In this document: positions 12,591 through 27,139 of the stretch, one piece after another
Layout: each line of letters starts with the position of its first letter
Position numbering within the stretch: the first letter of the stretch is position 1
Assembly (NCBI RefSeq): GCF_020745735.1
Contig: NW_026867530.1
Coordinates: 964,831-1,028,830, forward strand
Direction: 5' to 3'
Origin: Hemiscyllium ocellatum
Taxonomy: Eukaryota
Length of the DNA: 64,000 nt
Position numbers and translations under genes: made by a program
The notes under the pieces: generated by a model
What the model saw: the letters and a program-made list of their open reading frames with translations, nothing else
What the model was told of the DNA's origin: nothing
The model's database searches: none

Positions 12591-13560
12591 AGAGAAAGTG
12601 AGGACTGCAGATGCTAGAGATCAGAGCTGAAAATGTGTTGCTGGAAAAGCGCAGCAGGTCAGGCAGCATCCAAAGAGCAGGAGAATCGACGTTTCGGGCA
12701 TGAGCCCTTCTTCAGGAATGAGGAAAGTGTGTCCAGCAGGCTAAGATAAAAGTAGGAAGGAGGGACCTGGGGGAGGGGTGTTGGAAATGCGATAGGTGGA
12801 AGGAGGTCAAGGTGATGGTGATAGGCTGGAGTGGGAGTGGGGGCGGAGAGGTCAGGAAGAAGATTGCAGGTTAGGAAGGCGGTGCTGAGTTCAAGGGATT
12901 TGACTGAGACAAGGTGGAGGAAATGAGGAAGCTGGAGAAATCTAGTTTCATCCCTTGTGGTTGGAGGGTTCCTAGGCGGAAGATGAGGTGCTCTTCCCCC
13001 AATGATGGGGAGACAGGCTGCCTACTTGCAGAACATTTCAGGGAACACCTCTGGGACACCCGGACCAAGCAACCCAACCACCCCGTGGTTCAACACTTCA
13101 ACTCCCCTTCCCACTCCACCAAGGACATGCAGGTCCTTGGACTCCTCCATCGCCAGACCATAGCAACACGATGGCTGGAGGAAGAGCGCCTCATCTTCTG
13201 CCTAGGAACCCTCCAACCACAAGGGATGAAACTAGATTTCTCCAGCTTCCTCATTTCCCCTCTCCCCACCTTGTCTCAGTCAAATCCCTCGAACTCAGCA
13301 CTGCCTTCCTAACCTGCAATCTTCTTCCTGACCTCTCTGTCCCCACCCCCACTCCAGCCTATCACCATCACCTTGACCTCCTTCCACCTATCGCATTTCC
13401 AACGTCCCTCCCCCAAGTCCCTCCTCCCTACCTTTTATCTTAGCCTGCTGGACACACTTTCCTCATTCCTGAAGAAGGGCTCATGCCCGAAACGTCGATT
13501 CTCCTGCTCTTTGGATGCTGCCTGACCTGCTGCGCTTTTCCAGCAACACATTTTTCAGCT
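12591..13560. mobile_element. Back-to-back inverted pair of PLE 3' fragments (GIY-YIG end plus hammerhead pseudo-LTR on each arm)
   Basis: The left arm is the reverse complement of the right arm. ORF text EEERLIFCLGTLQPQGM. Hammerhead cores at 12684-12719 (-) and 13465-13500 (+). Confidence 0.85.
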
Positions 13561-13879
13561 CTGCCTGTTTGATATAAACCAGCCCCACAGACACTGACGC
13601 CAATCTCTGCCTGTCTGATATAAACCAGCCCCACAGACACTGACGCCAATCTCCCCCTGTCTGATATAAACCAATTAATTGAAAACAATGACTGCAGATG
13701 CTGGAAACCAGAGTCTAGATGAGAGTGGACCTGGAAAAACACAGGCAGCATCCAAGGAGCAGGAAAATCGACATGTCGGGCAAAAACCCTCCATCAGGAA
13801 TAGAGGCAGGGAACCTGCAGAGTGGAAAGATCTTGTAGACAGAGGAGGAAAACCTCTTCAAGACAAAAAAGACTGAGTG

Positions 13880-15075
13880 TATGCCTCTCATAATTTTGTA
13901 CAGTTCTATAAGATCCCCTCTCAGTCTCCTAGACTGCCAAGAAAAGAAGTTCTAGCTTGTTCAGCCTCTCCTTATAACACTGAGTGCGAGCAACATCCTT
14001 ACAAATTTCTTCAGCACCTTTCCAGTTTAATAACATCCTTCCTCGAGCAAGGTGACTAAAACAGAACACATGCTCCAACTGCAGCCTCACCCACCTCCTG
14101 TATAACTGTCGGTTTTTGTGAAGACAGAACTAAAGGATGGATACAATTGCTCAGCTGTTTCGTTGTCCTTTGTTATACATTTCCCCAATTTCCATCTGGA
14201 GGGACCTACCATTTGTCTTCATCAATCTCTTTCTCTTCATGCACTGTAGAACCTTGTAGCGTCAGTCTTCATGCTCCCTGCAAGCTTACTTTCTTTTGGA
14301 CTGTTTTCCCCATCTTAATCAATCCCTTGGTCCTTCTTTGCTGAATTCAAAACTGCTCTCAAACATCAGACCTATTATTTTTCTTGGCCCATTTCTATGC
14401 TATTTCCTTCAATTGGATGCTATCTAATTTCCTTTATAAGCCATGGATTGGCCCTGTTACCCATTTTGCTTTTGTACCAGACAGGAATAAATAGTTGTTG
14501 CAGTTCCCCCATGATTTCCTTGAATATTTGCCAATGCCTATCTACTGTCACACCTTTAAGCAACTTTCACTGATCTATCAACGCCAACTCATGCCTTATA
14601 TGTCTTCATAGTTTCCTTTATTAAAATTCAGCACCCTAGTCTCCAAATCAGCTGGCTCACTCTCCACCTTGATAAAAAAGTTGTATCATGTCATGGTCAC
14701 TCATCCCCAAGGAGTCTCACGCAGCTAGATTGGCAATGATTCCCTTCTCATTACACAGTCCCCAGTCTAAGATGGCCTGCTCTCTAGTTGGTTCATCCAC
14801 ATATTGGTTAAGAAAACCATCCCGCATGTACTCCAGGAATTTTTCCTCTAAGACATTGTGGCTAATTTGATTTGTCCAATCTAGATGCAGATTAAAATCA
14901 CCCATGATCACAGATGTCTCCATATCACATGCTTGGCTAATTTCCTGTTTAATACTATTCCGATATGACCACTGCAGTCTGGAGGTCTGTGTATGACACC
15001 CACTAATGTTTTTTGTCCTTTGGTATTTCACAGCTCCACCCATACAGTCTCCACATTGTCAAAGCTAATGTCCTA
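13880..15075 (-). mobile_element. CR1 fragments including the apurinic endonuclease domain
   Basis: ORF 14717-15043 (-): VIMGDFNLHLDW...YVDEPTREQAILDW. Confidence 0.8.
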
Positions 15076-15419
15076 AAAAGAGATGAACAAAAATACATGA
15101 CCAGGAATTGAGATATTTCTGCTCAAATATTGATCTTGGTTTGATGCTAATTAGCCTTGTCGACTTTCAATGAATTGCTTCATAAAATCTGGGACCGCCA
15201 GCAGAAGGTGATGAGCTAGAACATTTGTGGAATTGCTTTCTCAGTAAATGAACATAGATACATTTTGTTGAGTTTTTCACAGTAGATGACAGTGCTTCTC
15301 CAGCAGGTGGAAGTGACGGCTGATAGTAGATCCTTCAACCAACACCTTCACTCATAAAAAGTTAAGGCACACAAAAGGTTGACTGAGGCTACTTAGTTTA
15401 ACATCATTTATTGAAAAAA

Positions 15420-17880
15420 ATGGTGGAGTCTTTAAAAAAGAATGTTACAGCAGAAAACTGAGAATGGCTTTACAAAATGGAAATCTTGCCTGATAAATGT
15501 ATTGGAATTCTTGGAGAAAATGGAGGAAACCGTGATTGTAATATGTTTTGATTTTCTGAAGGTGTTTGACAGCACCCTTGCATAAGATTACTGAATGAGA
15601 AAGGAGCCTTGGCTTTGGAGGGACTGTATTAACGTGGAGAGAGGATTTTTGAAATTCCAATCAGAAAAGTTTGATGAAGTGTTTTATTTTACAGGATGTC
15701 AAAGTGTGGAGTACCACATAAATCTGCTCTGGGGGAGAAAAAAAATTTACAAAGTATTTTGATGACTTAGATGAGGAAAGTGAATATATTGAAGGCAAGT
15801 TTGCGAATGACACAAAAATTGGAGCGGAGACAAGTGGTGAGTATGACACAAAAAGAAGTTTGTGGAGCGATACAGATAGGACGAGAGTGAACAAGGAGCT
15901 TTGCACATTAATGTAATGTGGATTAAATAAATGAGAACAGACATAAACAGTGAACTTGTGCATTTTAACAGGCAAGATAGAGATTGAATTCAGAAATCTA
16001 CAGGAAGTCTGCATCTCCGAACCACAAAAAGTTAGCGTTTAATTTCAACTGTCAATAAAGATGGCAAATGTCATGTCGGGGTTTGTTTAAAAACTAATGG
16101 AATATTGAGGTTAGGAACAGTCAGATAGAGCAGCGAATGTGTAGCTGAGGAGCTGCTGCAGGGGTTAGGATTCCCATTTTTCAATCATTGGGATCTCTTC
16201 AGGGATAGAAATGACCTATATAAGAGGGACCTGAATTGGAAGGGGACCGATATTCTTGTGGGGAAATTTGCTAGCAGTATGCTGAAGGTTTTAAATTAGT
16301 AAGGGGGATGGTGGGAACCAACAAGATAGTGAGAAAAGAGAAATTTTTGAGTTGAGATGTGGTGAGCAATTCTAGGGGTCAAGGCAGACAACAGTTTGGC
16401 AAGAGCAAGGTAAGACTGCTAAACTGCATTTACTTCGATGCAAGAGATCTGACATGTGAGACAGATGAACATAGGGCATAGATGGGAATGTGGGACAAGG
16501 ATAACATTACCATTACAGAAATGTGGGTCAGGGATGAACAGGACTGGCAACTTAATGTTCCAGGATACAGATGTTATAGAATGTATAGACAGAGGAGCAA
16601 GAGAGGAGATGGAGTAGTGTTTTGGTTAGAAAGAACATTACAGCTGGATGTAGAGAGGATATTTCTTGGAGACTGCCCAGTGAAGTTATATGGATGAAAC
16701 TTAAAAATAAGAAAGAGGTGATGACCTTGCTGGGATTGTAAAATAATAGTCAGTGGGAAATTTACAAGCGATTATGCTATCTGTAAGGAAAGAGGATAAT
16801 GGTAGGGAATTTTAACTTTCCTACAGAGTTTGGGGTAGTGTTAAGATTTTGGAATGTGGAGAAATTGGTTAAGTGTGTACAAGAAAACGTTGTTATTCAA
16901 TATGTGGATGCACCTACTGGACAGTTCGCAATACTTGACCTTCTGTTGGGAATCAAGGCAGGACAAGTGACTGAGGTGTCTGTAGGGGCACATTTCAGGG
17001 AAAGTGATCATAATTCTATTGGTTTAATAATAATGATGAGAAAGGATAGAATTGATTTAAAAATGAAAGTTTCAAATTGGAATGTGGCCAGTTTCGATGG
17101 TAGAAGACTTTGAGAAGTTGGTTGAGGGAGATTATTCTCAGGTAAAGGGACGGCTGAAAAGTGGGAGGCCTTTAAGAATGAGACAATGAGAGTTCAGTGA
17201 TGGTATGTTTCTGTTTGTGTGAAGGGCAAGGCATGGGAAAAGCTCAATGATGAGGGAAATTGCAACTCCTGTCCAGAAAACGAAGGGGGCATTCATCAGA
17301 TATAGACAGCTGGGATTGAGTGAATCCTGAGAAGGGGATAAGGGCAGTCGGAGTATCCTTAACCAGGAAATCATGAGGGAAAAAAGGGGGCATGAAATTG
17401 CTTTGGCAAATAGAATTAAGGAGAATCCGAAAAGATTCTAAAATTATTTTAAGGTTAAAAGAATAACTAAGGAGAGAATACAGCCCTTAAAGATCAACAT
17501 GGCTTTCCATACATGGAACCACAGGAGATGGCTGAGACACTAAGCAAATATTTTGTATCAATATTTACAGTAGACAGGAGCATAGAAGCTAAGGAACTTG
17601 GGAAATAAATAATGTGATCTTAAAATGAGTTCATCTTACAGAAGAGGAGGTGTTGGAGGTCTTACAGTAGAAAAATGGGAATAAATCCTGGAGACCTGGT
17701 TAGGTTTTCTCCGAACTTTGTGGGAAGCTAGGGAAGAGATTCGTGGACCCCTTGCTGAGATATTTGTATCGTTGATAATCACAGATGAGATGCCAGAAGA
17801 CTGGAGAGTGACTAATGTGGCAGCATTATTGAAGAAAGTTGTATGGAAAAGCCAGGGAACCATAAACTGGTGAGCCTTTC
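15420..17880 (+). mobile_element. Heavily decayed CR1 LINE pieces (RT, ORF1 end, endonuclease)
   Basis: Motifs MVGNFNFP, YVDAPT...AILDLLLG, SDHNSI; KFANDTK-like coding near 15797-15817; EDWRVTNV coding near 17800. Confidence 0.75.
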
Positions 17881-18019
17881 ACACCAGAGATGCTGCCAGA
17901 CCTTCTGAACATTTCCAGCAGTTTCCGTTTTTGTTTCTGATACACAGCATCCACAGTTCTTTCAGTTTTTACTTAGTAGTCAGAGAGCATTACGTTTTGG
18001 ATGGGAGGCCTGTTAGAAC

Positions 18020-19850
18020 ATAACAACATCCAAACATTAGAAATACGATCAGGAGTAGGCCATCTGAACCCATGAGTCTGCTCTGCCTTTCAATAACATC
18101 ATGGATCATCTTTCAATGGACTAAGATTCCACTTACCCACCCGCTCACTATAACCCTCCATTCCTTTACTGTTAAAAAATCTATTTTCACCTTTAAAACA
18201 TTCAACAGGTTGGTCTCAGCTGCTTCACTAGGCAGGGGATTCCACAGATTCACAACCCTTTGGGTGAAGATGTTGATCCTCAACTCAGTCCTAAATCTGT
18301 TGCCCTTATTTTAATGTTATGTCCCGTCATTCTAATTTCACCCACCAGTGGAAATAGCCTCCCTGCTTCTGTCTTATCTATCCCATTTATAATTTTACAA
18401 CACCCCTCCCACATTCTTCTGAATTCCAATGAATATACTCCCAGTCTGCTCAATCTCTCCTCACAAGCCAACCCCCTCATTTCCAGAATCAACGTAATCA
18501 ACCTCCTCAGCAAGCCCCACCCCAGTGCCATCTCATGTAAGGCCTTGGGGAGTGTTGCTGAGCAAAGAAACCAAAGGGAGCAGATGCATCATTCCTTGAA
18601 AGTGGAGTTGCAGGTAGACAGGGTGGGGAAGAAAGTGTTTGGCATGCTTTCCTTCATTGGCCATAACATTAAGTGTAGGAGTCGAGATGTCATATCTCAG
18701 CTGTACAGATCATTTGTGAGGCCACGTTTAGAATTTTTACAGACAAATCTGGCTGACCATTTCTATGAAGGATTTTGTGAAACTTGAGGGGATGTAGAAA
18801 AGATTTCCAAGAATGATGCTGGAACTGGAGTGTTTAAGGTACAAGGTGAAGCTGAATAGACTGGGGCTTTTCTTTTCCCTACAGTGAGAGGAAAGGAGGC
18901 TGAGGAATGGCCTGAACAAGACCCTATAAAACCATGCAGGGCATTGATATGGTGAATAGCCAAGGCCTTTTTCCTCGAGTGGGAGAGTCCAAAACTAGAG
19001 GACAGCAGATTAAGGTGAGAGGAGAAACGTTTGAAAAGAACCTGAGGGGTAACCTTTTCACGTGTATGTATGGAAACAGCTGCCAGTGGTAGTGGGGGAG
19101 GTGGGTTCAATTACTGCATTTAAAAGGCACCTGGATGGGTGTATGAACAGGGAACATTTAGAGAAAGATAGGCCAAATGTCTGGCAAATGGTACTCAGTC
19201 AGGTTGGGATATCTGGTCAGTGCAGTTAGACCGAAGGGTCTGTTTCTGTGCCTGATATCTGTATGACTATAATATTTGTTTAAACTGAAAAGAAGCTGTA
19301 TTTTTACCACAGCTGGAATACTGTGGACTGTTCTTGGGACTCATCTCACAAAGAAAAGGTACACTGGACTGTGAGACAATCCACACGAGGTTTAGTCGAC
19401 TGATCCTGAGGATGGAGGGACTGTCTTGAGAGTAGAGACTGAGTCGTTTGGGCCTATACCCATTAGAACATAGAAGATTCAGTGGTGACATTCTGAAACA
19501 TCGATTATTTTCAGGAAACTTGATGGTGTAAATGCAGAAATGTTGTTTCCCCTTGTGGAAGAGGTTCGGACCAGTGAGTAAAATCTCTGAATTAGAGGTC
19601 ACAAATGTCAGGCAGAACAGAATTTTGTCTCCCAGAATGTAGTGAATCTGTGGAATTTGTTTCCATAGAACACTGTCGAGGCTGGGTCAGTCAGTATTTT
19701 GAAGGCTGAAATGAGCAGGTTTTGATTTGGGAATTGAATCAATGCTTACAGTTAAACGCTGAAAAGTGGAGGTGAGGATTATCAGCTCAGCTATGATGTC
19801 ATTGTTTGGAAGCCCAAACCCCATTGGCTGAACAGACTGCTTCTGGTTCC
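18020..19850. mobile_element. Cluster of CR1-type 3' fragments in both orientations
   Basis: RLSRLGVYSLEFRRM (-) and YRSFVRPRLEF (+) are CR1 RT C-terminal motifs. Confidence 0.7.
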
Positions 19851-22800
19851 CTCTCATTGACTTTTGCTCGAAGTTAGTCTTTTCAGAATTATATAGGTCT
19901 CATCGAAATTACCCTCCATTTCATGTTTGAAGCCCAGCTGCTTCAATCCCTCCTCATCATGAAAAAAGACAGGGATCATCTTTCTCACTGTTTGATGGCA
20001 TTGCATTCTGCCCCTAATGCAGTGACTACATTTATAGTCCTCCAGTTCTGTTGAATATTTGTCAAACACAACCATAGCTGTCACAGAAAAGGTTAAAGAT
20101 AGATCAAAACTACATTTAAACTACCATATCAAGCACACTGTCGGCATGTGTTGCATGGAATACACACACATTGCATATTAAAGCTCTCTCAGTACTCATC
20201 CATCATACACTGCAAGGGTTGTTCAGAGATGATTTGCTTATGTGTGTGTGTGTATGTCTGTGCCTGTAGATGATAATCTACTTGTATAACAAAGTTTTGA
20301 TGCATAGTGTTGTTCCCTTTTTATTCTGGTATCAAGCATTTCAAAATCAGAAACGCAGTGGGTAGGAGTTCAAGCCCCTTTACACAGCTACATCAAATGT
20401 TTTCCGTGATTGTACAGCTCATGTAATGTGCTGGGTAAATCTCCCTCTACATTGTGTTGTCCAATGCAATCATGTCAAATATATTTTGGTTTAGACACAG
20501 AGTAGAGCTGCATCCAGGATTCCCTCAAAAAAATCCTCCCAGAGTCGATACAGAATAAATTGACCTCTACAATATTAAACCTTCCATGAGATGTGCAGTG
20601 TAAGGTTAATTATAGACTAAATATGCATTACACTGAACCATTAAACATTCCTCAGACAAGAATAATAATGCAGAGATACAATGAAATCGCTAACACAGTA
20701 AAGTCTTGCAGCCTCATTCCTATCAAGCATTTCCAGATCACTCAATACTCACAGATTTTTGAGAAAATCTTGCTGTCCTGACTCAAATCTCTCGAAAGAA
20801 ATGGATGAATTTGGCTGAGAGGCAATGTTGGTGAGGTGTTGGCTTCATGTTATTGAGGAAAACATTGTCCGATTGTGGAGAGGCAAAACAAGGCATCAGA
20901 GATAAAGAAAAAAGGGGGCAGGCAGGAGGGGAAGAGAGAAAAAGAGACACAGAAATATTAGCTGTGCCAATGTATCTCTTAATTATAGTTTTTTGACTAA
21001 ACATGACAATTGATACCTCTGTCATTCAACAATCATACAACTTATGTATTAAAAAGTCCTAACATCAATTAGTATTGGAATCCATTGAGTTATTTGCATT
21101 TTTCCACAATTCGTGTGATGTGCTTGTGGGGAAATATAAATTAGGGTTTTGTGGTTCTGTAATCTATTCTGAGAATTCTATTTCTGTGTTTATTTACATA
21201 AATGCTTAATTGGCTTCAAGGAAGTGATGATGGCAGCAAAGCCAGGTGAATGAAGTGATTTGGTGGTAAGTTTCAAATCGAAACAAGTTTATTTTAAGAA
21301 TGTTGACCATTTGCAGAAGTGAATAAAAATTTATGAAGCCGAATTGCAACAGATTTTATTTATTTCTGAAAGATAAATAATTTAAAACTTTTATTTAGGT
21401 TAACAATTCAGTGCTGAAAATTCTGCAAATTTAGAATATTCACGTGAAATACAGGAACTGCCGCACAATTACATTTAATTGATATCGTTGTTACGAGGTT
21501 TCGTTACATGTATTATTTAATGGTAAGGGTCAGCAATGAGTCCCTATCCCCAACTGCCCATTGAATAGCTTGCGAAAGCCACTTTAGAACACAGTCAATT
21601 ACTTCCCAGTGGGTCTGGAATCTCATGTCGGCCAGACCATGTAAAGGTGACAGATGCCTTGTCATTCGTGAACCAGCTGTTTTTGTATTTTTCCATTGAC
21701 TCGGGTTACATGGTCACCATTTGCCTTCCTTTCTGATTCCAGGATTTCTTTAAATTCACATTTCACCCTGAGCAAACGATGATATTCCAAACCCTGGCCA
21801 TCCAACATCAAACTGGAGTTCGAGAATACTGGTCCCATGATATCATCACTGTGATCCGAATGTTGGCAATGTACAGAAAGCACAGAAATGCAATAAATCT
21901 GACACTTTACATCATGAACAAATATTGGAGTGAAATACTGGCAAGAACTCTCTTGCTGTTCACAGCAACATCACAGGAGACTTTGCATCCACTCACCAAT
22001 CTAAAATCTGTACCGGACTCTGTCTGAAGAGCCTGACTCACCGTAATTAGCATTTGTTGAATTCTTCACTGAATTATGAAAGCGTTAGTCACATATCCCA
22101 AGAAGGTGGCCATCAGCTCCCTTTTTGAAGGCCTGCCATCTTGCTCGGCTAATTATGGTTGATCTTTCTTAAGAAACTTTATTACAACCAAATGGCTTCT
22201 CAGTCGAGACTGTAGTGCTGGAAAAGTACAGCAGGTCAGGCAGCGTCTGAGGAGCAGGAGAATCGATGTTTTGAGCATAAGGCCTTCATTAAGATACCTG
22301 ATGTAGTTGTTATGGCTGGAACATTGATTCTCCTGCTCCTTGGATGCTGCCTGACCTGCTGTGCTTTTCCAGCACTACACTCTCAACTCAGATCTCCAGC
22401 ACCTGCAGTCCTCACTTTCTCCTGATGGGTTTCTTAGTCAGGTTCGGCACAGGAAAGGGACCATCGCCTTTTTGTTGAACAGGTCGGGCAGGCCAGGTAG
22501 GAAGGTCACACATCCTCCTCTGAAGGACAATACTGAACCATGTAACATGCTTCAAAACTTTGGTAGGTCTGTGATTATCATTCGTTACTTCAGCAGTTTC
22601 GTTTCATACTCTTTCATTAATTGAAGCTACTATGGTTGAGATTGGTTCTGGAACTTTACTCCAAACCTTTCGATTGCTTATTACATACTCATAATGCCTC
22701 CTTAACCACTTTCTCAAACTGTCATATTAGCTTCAATGATTGTTTTATTGACTCATGGAACACGGTGGTTGCTTTTAGTTGTCGGTAGGTGTCCTTCAGA

Positions 22801-23068
22801 AGATGGCAGAAAGCTGCCTTTCTGAAATAACATCTTCCAAAATGACCTGAGGAAGGGAATTCCAGATTTTGACCCAGTTACAGTGAAAGATTGATGATAT
22901 ATTTCCAAGTCAGGATGCCGAGTAGTTTAGAGAGGAGCTTACAGTGGTGCTGTTCCCATGTATCTGCTGTTCTTATCCATCGAGATGCAAGGGGTAGTGG
23001 GAAGGTACTGTGTAAGGAAGTGGCTAAGTTACTGCAGTGCAGTATTTTAGATAGTGCATATGGCAGGT

Positions 23069-23161
23069 TTGCCTGAAGAAGGGCTTATGCCCGAAACATC
23101 GATTCTCCTGCTCCTTGGATGCTGCCTGACCTGCTGCGCTTTTCTAGCAATACATTTTTCA
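23069..23161 (+). mobile_element. 93-bp solo PLE pseudo-LTR with hammerhead core and 13-bp target-site duplication
   Basis: GCATATGGCAGGT at 23056-23068 and 23162-23174. Core CTGAAGAAGGGCTTATGCCCGAAACATC. Confidence 0.75.
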
Positions 23162-23999
23162 GCATATGGCAGGTACTAAGCATCAGATTTGGAGACAATG
23201 GAAGCTTGTGGATGTGCTGCTGATCAAGTGGGATGCTTTGTCCTGGACAATGCCTAGCTTCTTGCGTGCAGTTGAAGGTGCTCCTGTCCAGTCAAAGGGC
23301 GAGCTGTGCTATTACCCTCCTGACTTCTGTCTCTTAGGCAGTTAATTGGCTTTGCAAGTCAGGAAAGTGAGTTACTCGCTGCAGTATTCCTAGCCTCTGG
23401 CCTGCTCTTACAACCATTGTATTTATATGGAGTGTCCAGCTCAATTTCTAATGAACAATAAAACCCAGGATGTCGATGGTGAGGGATTCCGTGATGGTAA
23501 CACTATTGAATGTCAAGGGGTTTTGGTTAGATTGTCTCTTATTGTCAATGGTCATTGTCTCGCAGGTTTGTGGTGTGAATGCTATTTGCCACTTGTCAGC
23601 TCAAGGCTGGAAATTGTCCAGATTTTGTTGCGTTTGAATGTGGACTGAGCAGTCACAAAAAAAGTGCTAGATCAATGCAGATTTCACTTCTGACCTTCTG
23701 AGGGAGGGAAAGGCATTGCTGAAGCAGCTGAACATGATTGGGCCAAGGACACTTTCTTTAGGAACTCCAACAGAGATTTGCTTTGGCTGAGATGACTGCC
23801 CTCTAACAAGCAGAGCCACCTTCCAATGTGTGAGGTCTGACTGCAGGCAGCAGGGAGGTTGTCACCTGATACCCATTGAATCCAGTTTTGCTAGGACTCC
23901 ATAATATCACACTCTGTCGAATGTGACCTTAATGTGAAGGGCTGTCACTCTTCCCTCATTTCTGGAATTCAGTTCTTTGTCCATGTTTAAATCAACGAG

Positions 24000-24225
24000 G
24001 AGAAAGTGAGGAGCGCAGATGCTGGAGATCAGAGCTTAAAAATGTGTTGCTGGAAAAGCGCAGCAGGTCAGGCAGCATCAAAGGAGCAGGAGAATCAACG
24101 TTTCGGGCATAAGCCCTTCTTCAGGAATCAGGCTTCAGAAGGGCTTATGCCCAAAACGTCGATTCTCCTGTTCCTTTGATGCTGCCTGACCTGCTGCGCT
24201 TTAACCAGCAACACATTTTCAGCTC
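24000..24225. mobile_element. Inverted pair of PLE pseudo-LTRs (hairpin-like mini element)
   Basis: Same family as 3015-3444; the arms are reverse complements. A similar pair lies at ~22210-22420. Confidence 0.8.
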
Positions 24226-25489
24226 CGGAAAACAGAATCAACCACTTCCCAGATGGTCTCACTTCCACCAAAGCCCTGCTGAATTTTATTGCTTAAACCT
24301 TACAATTCTAACTTTTAATGAATGCTGCCTCTTAGATTTATTTATTAACTTCCCTCAAGCTTTGTACTTTTAAACATAGGTTTATGAGCGAAACTACATA
24401 TTGTCATTTCGCTCCTTTCACCCGGTGATAACTCTTTCTTATCTCTCTGACAGATAATTTACTCTCGCTGAAATAATCTTGTGTCTCTTCTGTTTCATTC
24501 TGGAAAATGGGAATGGAATTGAATGCAATGTTGAGACCAACAGCAAACTGTCTGTTTGTTCTTGACACTGTCAGTGTGTTCACCCTCAGAGGTAGGAAGG
24601 CTGTTTGTGCTGATAATACGGAAAGTAGCGCCTGATGTATCATTCTCAGCTGGCGCGCAACTTCCTATTTCTATGTGCCAGCAGCAAGCCACACATCTCA
24701 CTTCTGATCAGAAAATAAACCCAGGGGATACAATCTGGCAGAACCACCTGCCAATGTGGCCTATATCAGGACACAGAGTGTGAAGTGATCACATTGAAGT
24801 GACATTTGCAAATCGACCTTTCGATCTCTATTTCATGGTCTGATTCCAGGATGTCGTTGGACGAGTCTCTCGACTATCTAACAAGCTCATTCGATTCACT
24901 AATGTCTGGAACACATTGACATGCACCTTTTCATGTCTTTGATCGTGTACTACTTGTTACTCTCTCTTCAGATTTAATGTTCCCAGCTTTTGATTCTGTC
25001 TTCTGTGTCCATCACCTTCCCAGCCGAATACATTCTGTTTGATCTATTTCCTAAATTTTGATCAACTAAACAAATAATACAGTTTAGTACAGACAGGTCT
25101 GTTGGTGTGTCCGATTAACAGAATCAATATATGGAGAGATCACCTTGGCTGTATCTAACTCTGACCGACATTGAATTCAAATAAACCACAGCACTGTGTG
25201 GTTTCAAAATTTGCAAATCCTCTCTCTTTGATAGAGCTTGTTCTAACGGTTAATTCTTTTCTTGATTATTTCAGAAACTATAACTAAAAATCCCTATTTT
25301 TAACCAAGTTTCAAATATTATTAAAAGTTGCAGCACTGGCATTTCCTACAGTGAGCTTTGTGGTGTTTAAATGTTCTGGTCAAAATTTGCTTCAAGCAGA
25401 AGACTGAACCATTGGTTTCTCTGAGTTCCCAGCCATTGCCCTTGCAGTTCCATAATAACTGCAAGCTATTGATAAGCCCCAGAATGAAC

Positions 25490-26605
25490 ACAATGTCCAG
25501 GCCCTGTACACATCCAAACGCCATGATGGAGGCCTCGAAGCCCTCCGTTTCTTCCTGTCACGCCAACCCAAGCAGTACATGCTCAACCTCAACTACATTT
25601 CCTTTCAATCCTCCCACTTCCTCCAAACCAAAGGGGTAGCCATGGACACCTATATGGACCCCAGCTATGCCTGCCTCTTCGTCAGATATGTGGAATAGTC
25701 AATCTTCCACAGCTACACCGGTATCATTGCCCATCTTTACCACCGCTACATTGATGACTGTATCAACGCCACCTCATGCAACCACTAGGAGGTTGAACAG
25801 TCCATCAACTTTACTAAAACCTTCCACCCTGACCTAAACTTTACAGGGACCATCTCGGACACCTCCCTCCCTTTCCTAGATCTCTCCATCTCTATCTCCA
25901 GTGACCAACTAAACATTTACTACAAGCCCACTGACTCCCACAGCTACCTGGACGACACCTCCTCCCACCCGACCTCAGGTAAAAATGCCATCCTTTATTC
26001 TCAATTCCTCTGCCTCCACCGCATCTGCTCCCAGGAGGACCAGTTCCACCATAAAACATCCCAGGTCCTTTATCAAAGACTGCAATTTCCTCTCCCACGT
26101 GGTCGATGATGCCCTTGAACCACATCCCTCCAATCGCAACAGGGACCCCTCCTGGTCCTCACCTTCCACCGCACCAACCTTGCATACATCATATCATCCT
26201 CTGCTGCTTCCACCACTGTAAACAGGCCCCATCACTCGGGGTATATTTCCCTCCCTACACCTATCGGCATTCCGGAGACACCATTCCCTCCACGACTCCC
26301 TCGTCAGGTCCACCCCTGTCACCTTCCCCGTCACCACAGGAAGTGCAAAACCTGCACCCACACTTGCCCCCTCAGCTCCGACAAGGCCCCAAATGATCCT
26401 TCCACATCCCACAGAAACTTATCTGTACTTCCACAAATGTCATCCACTGTGTCTGTTCCACCTGATGTGGTCTCCTCTGCATCAGGGAGACAGGACACTA
26501 ACTTGCGGACCATTTCAGAGAACGTCTCTGGGACACCCTTACCAACCAACCCCACAGCCCCGTGGCTGAACACTTTAACTCCCCCTCCCACTCCACCAAG
26601 AACAG
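25490..26605 (+). mobile_element. Decayed Neptune-like PLE fragment (RT to GIY-YIG)
   Basis: Homologous to 6600-7790 (GGGGTAGCCATGG, CGCTACATTGATGACTGTATC, CCCACTGACTCCCACAGCTACCTGGAC). Confidence 0.8.
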
Positions 26606-27139
26606 CCGGTCATATTCCTGTTCAATTCCAATGAATAAATACAAAATAACCGAGTCTGAATTTGGGATGATATTAATAGGATTTATTTCGATCGAAGCAT
26701 GAACAGATTATTTTGACTGAACAGGTGGAGAGATTCACTTCCTGAAAAAGCAGCTCAAGTGATATAAGCTGGCACCAAACCGAGGTTGGTCAATACTGAG
26801 GCAAAACTACAGCATCCAGTCTTGAGTGAAATAAATAAAGAAACTATCTTAACCCCGGAACAAGATAGAGTGTATTAAATATGAACAAAGACACGAGTAT
26901 TTTAGGATATAATAGAAAAGTAATTTATAGTATATTGAAATGCAAACAGAGATGTGAAGCCTCTACATTCTTCCTAGCTAAATTAATCATTTCAGAAATG
27001 CCTTTGTTAATTTTCATGTATCACTCGTCGGTCCATTCCACGAACCTTGCGAGGTCCTTGTTAAATTCTGAACCATCAGGCGATGGTTCTCAGTGGTTGC
27101 GAGTTTCATGTTACAGCAAATTGTGATGTTGTCCACTGT

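Noticed and set aside
11800-13672. CRISPR-like repeat array
   Set aside because: Head-to-tail minisatellite without unique spacers, in a vertebrate context, with no cas genes.
19900-27100. Short ORFs upstream as additional V segments or host exons
   Set aside because: No Ig-fold motifs, RSSs or coherent splice pattern were seen; they are mostly repeat-derived or AT-rich noise.
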